64,000 bases of DNA from Macrostomum lignano (lineage: Eukaryota), in NCBI GenBank assembly GCA_002269645.1, contig NIVC01000422.1, positions 496,001 through 560,000 on the forward strand. Direction: 5' to 3'. The notes beneath the pieces were generated by a model. That model did not search any database. It worked only from the letters and a program-made list of their open reading frames with translations, and was not told where the DNA came from. The translations under genes and the position numbers were made by a program. This document shows, piece after piece, positions 62,301 to 64,000 of the stretch. Every line of letters begins with the position of its first letter. Position 1 is the stretch's first letter.

Positions 62301-63636
62301 ACTGGCAACAGCAGCAACAGCAACTAGACGAAGTAGATCCATCAGTAGCGACAGCTCCGTTTTCTAGCTACGCGGCTGCTAAAACACCTGTTAGTTATTC
62401 ACCTCTGCGTCAGCAACAACAGCAGCAGCAGCATAGAGATTCTCCTCTGTCATTTGGCGATGTCAACTCTTATAAACAGCAGCAGCAGCATCTGGCAATG
62501 CGCAAGGACTCTGTATCGAGTGTGTCTCAGCATTCTAACGCTGGTTCCAGTCTGCACCAGCAGCCGCCTCCTCCGCCGCCGCCACCGCCGCAACAGCATC
62601 AACCGTCAAGTCCTCCTGGCACCTCCGGCTCGGGTGGTGGCACCGTATTTGATTATTATGGCGCGGTGCAGAGCAGCGGTCAGCAGGTGAGTGTGTCTAA
62701 ACTATATTCTATTTACTTTTCTAGCTCGTTAATATGCCTTGTTTTGTTGTGCTTTCTGTCTTTTATATTGATGCTTTTTTTCATGTCTGATCTTTGAGTT
62801 AACCCTTCCATATCCCTAGTTTCTTGGCCATCTCAGCTCCTCAGTTTCTGGGCCACCAGCCTCCCAGATCCTCAGTTTCTGGGCCACCAGCCTCCCAGAT
62901 CCTCAGTTGCTGGGCCACCAGCCTCCCAGATCCTCAGTTGCTGGGCCACCAGCCTCCCAGATCCTCAGTTGCTGGGCCAGCAGCTCCCGATCCTCAGTTT
63001 CTGGGCCACCAGCCTCCCAGATCCTCAGTTGCTGGGCCACCAGCCTCCCAGATCCTCAGTTGCTGGGCCACCAGCTCCCAGATCCTCAGTTTCTGGGCCA
63101 CCAGCCTCCCAGATCCTCAGTTGCTGGGCCAGCAGCTCCCCGATCCTCAGTTTCTGGGCCACCAGCCTCCCAGATCCTCAGTTGCTGGGCCACCAGCCTC
63201 CCAGATCCTCAGTTGCTGGGTCACCAGCCTCCCAGATCCTCAGTTGCTGGGCCACCAGCCTTACCAGATCCTCAGTTGCTGGGCCACCAGCCTCCCAGAT
63301 CCTCAGTTGCTGGGCCACCAGCCTCCCAGATCCTCAGTTGCTGGGCCAACCTTCGAAATCCCATAGCCTAATATCCTCAAAATGCTTAAAAACTATATTG
63401 ATGTTCTGTATGCTGCTGAAGATTATACGCAACTGCCTGCATATAAGAAAAACCTCAATACACCACACGGAACACACGTGTGCACCCGAACTCGCCAGAT
63501 CCCAGACTATCAGCGCAGGCGAACTCTATCCAGCGCCTCATCTTCACACGGCGACGCTGCCTCATCGGCTCTTGGCAGCAGCGCTGGCGGCTTGAGCCCG
63601 TCAGCCTCTTTGAGCCTGCAACCGGGTGCCCTAAGG
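50014..63636 (+). CDS. Sec16: Sec16 (ER exit-site scaffold), 5' part; the gene continues beyond the window
   Basis: join(50014-50327,51147-55341,56359-56613,58065-58421,59196-59546,61028-61266,62072-62686,63499-63636,...). Central conserved domain motifs: TPLKF..PHA, FPGPL....T.K..V, GADL..LLL, FRKLL.YGRK.EALE.A...GLWG.ALFL, NDPLQTLY..M, W..HLAMLLSN, GDTL......ASQLCYLMA, IQLTE.FEYA.SL, YKF.YA..L.D.G. Exon 6 needs a 1-nt correction at ~61255. Confidence 0.88.
50380..50950. repeat. 21-bp minisatellite in Sec16 intron 1
   Basis: Unit TCTCAATCTCAGGATGAGACT. Confidence 0.92.
51147..55341 (+). CDS. Sec16: Sec16 coding exon 2 (4.2 kb, disordered N-terminal region)
   Basis: Open frame with acidic, PPASQAYQQS-repeat and polyQ segments, ending GRCTPLKFNLPHARLGLDAPGLVVQ; donor GTATAT at 55342. 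Confidence 0.85.
52070..53890 (+). repeat. Coding tandem repeat (33-42 bp units; PPASQAYQQS-type) in Sec16 exon 2
   Basis: Roughly 50 in-frame units. Confidence 0.93.
55415..56347. repeat. ~26-32-bp minisatellite in Sec16 intron 2
   Basis: GAATCGCCCTTTACCTACCT plus a variable (GA)n spacer. Confidence 0.94.
56359..56613 (+). CDS. Sec16: Sec16 coding exon 3
   Basis: VPAARPDEGEPARVHL...FPGPLVRGKTLK...LIRNNG; CAG acceptor, GTGAG donor. Confidence 0.9.
56795..57905. repeat. Composite minisatellite in Sec16 intron 3
   Basis: Degenerate TTAAGACAG units grading into 28-bp TTAAGACAGTCACCTTGAGACAGACATA units. Confidence 0.92.
58065..58421 (+). CDS. Sec16: Sec16 coding exon 4
   Basis: ITMGADLTDLLL...FRKLLMYGRKREALEYAGKHGLWGQ; CAG acceptor, GTGAG donor. 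Confidence 0.9.
58520..59130. repeat. Degenerate ~23-bp repeat in Sec16 intron 4
   Basis: CCCTAATCCCTACTTAGAATCG-like units. Confidence 0.82.
59196..59546 (+). CDS. Sec16: Sec16 coding exon 5
   Basis: ALFLSYNMD...NDPLQTLYQYM...WRPHLAMLLSN...LCYLMAG; CAG acceptor, GT donor. Confidence 0.92.
59625..60495. repeat. ~20/21-bp minisatellite in Sec16 intron 5
   Basis: Unit CTATTCACCGGACACTTATCC. Confidence 0.94.
60505..60995. repeat. 22-bp minisatellite in Sec16 intron 5 (second array)
   Basis: Unit ACACAAGAATCTGTATGAGCAG. Confidence 0.94.
61028..61266 (+). CDS. Sec16: Sec16 coding exon 6 (apparent 1-nt deletion near its 3' end)
   Basis: AKIVLIGARH...IQLTEVFEYAMSL...YKFMYATRLLDAG. Restoring TTCC at ~61255 gives AFQYCQ, in phase with exon 7. 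Confidence 0.85.
61350..62015. repeat. ~39-bp minisatellite in Sec16 intron 6, with an embedded garbled exon copy
   Basis: Unit AAGCTTCAATAAGTATCAGAATAGGGGAGAATTATCCCCA. Confidence 0.9.
62072..62686 (+). CDS. Sec16: Sec16 coding exon 7
   Basis: VIGRSLL...LRLSERLQCH...PDWLSQL, Q/P-rich; CAG acceptor, GTGAGT donor. Confidence 0.85.
62830..63348. repeat. 31-bp minisatellite in Sec16 intron 7
   Basis: Unit GGGCCACCAGCCTCCCAGATCCTCAGTTGCT. Confidence 0.94.
63499..63636 (+). CDS. Sec16: Sec16 coding exon 8 (putative)
   Basis: CCAG acceptor, phase 0; IPDYQRRRTLSSASS...ALR; donor GTAGGA. Confidence 0.62.
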
Positions 63637-64000
63637 GTAGGAAAAAATAGAATGGTTGTGGCATAGTTGCCGTAGTATCAAAGTAATTCACTGTTTAATA
63701 CTTGCTTAGTTGATTGTAGTTTAACAATACCGCAACGGTTAATCTGAATTAATTCTCATTATAATAACACGCTTGTAGTTTCAGATTTTAATATGATATC
63801 AATACTACTAATACGATTGTTTTTGGTGTTATTGCTGTAGCGGCATATGGGCATTTTGTTAGCAATTAAAGTTTTTCGTGTTGATTTAATAATTGTTTGT
63901 TTTGTATTTTTGTTTCCGTAACGCGTAACGTACCCAGCTCACTGCATTATCATTTATTTGCGTACATATATAGTATTTTAACCCGGTTTAATCCCAGGAG

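Overview
Eukaryotic (metazoan) genomic DNA with dense introns and many repeats. The one-minisatellite-per-intron architecture and the TE content resemble the flatworm Macrostomum; that assignment is inference only. From 5' to 3' the window holds: (1) a complete 10-coding-exon histidine decarboxylase gene (Hdc, +, 4347-19203), with a GC-AG intron, a CORE-SINE and a near-intact BEL/Pao LTR retrotransposon in intron 8; (2) a head-to-head pair of paralogous Ig-domain type I membrane receptor genes (22036-24820 on -, 26971-29778 on +), ~96% identical over a 1.9-kb inverted core but with strongly divergent N-terminal domains and cytoplasmic tails; (3) a 12.4-kb transposon cluster (32767-45137) made of a mariner interrupted by a solo LTR, a Gypsy element interrupted by a second solo LTR, and a long-TIR PIF/Harbinger-ISL2EU-like DNA transposon whose transposase frame runs into a ubiquitin-specific-protease (USP) domain; (4) an AT-rich MITE-like mosaic containing a 28S rRNA fragment scrambled at the R2 target site; (5) the 5' eight exons of Sec16 (+, from 50014, running off the window), with a large PPASQAYQQS coding repeat. 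All coordinates and counts were read by eye; no database searches were run.
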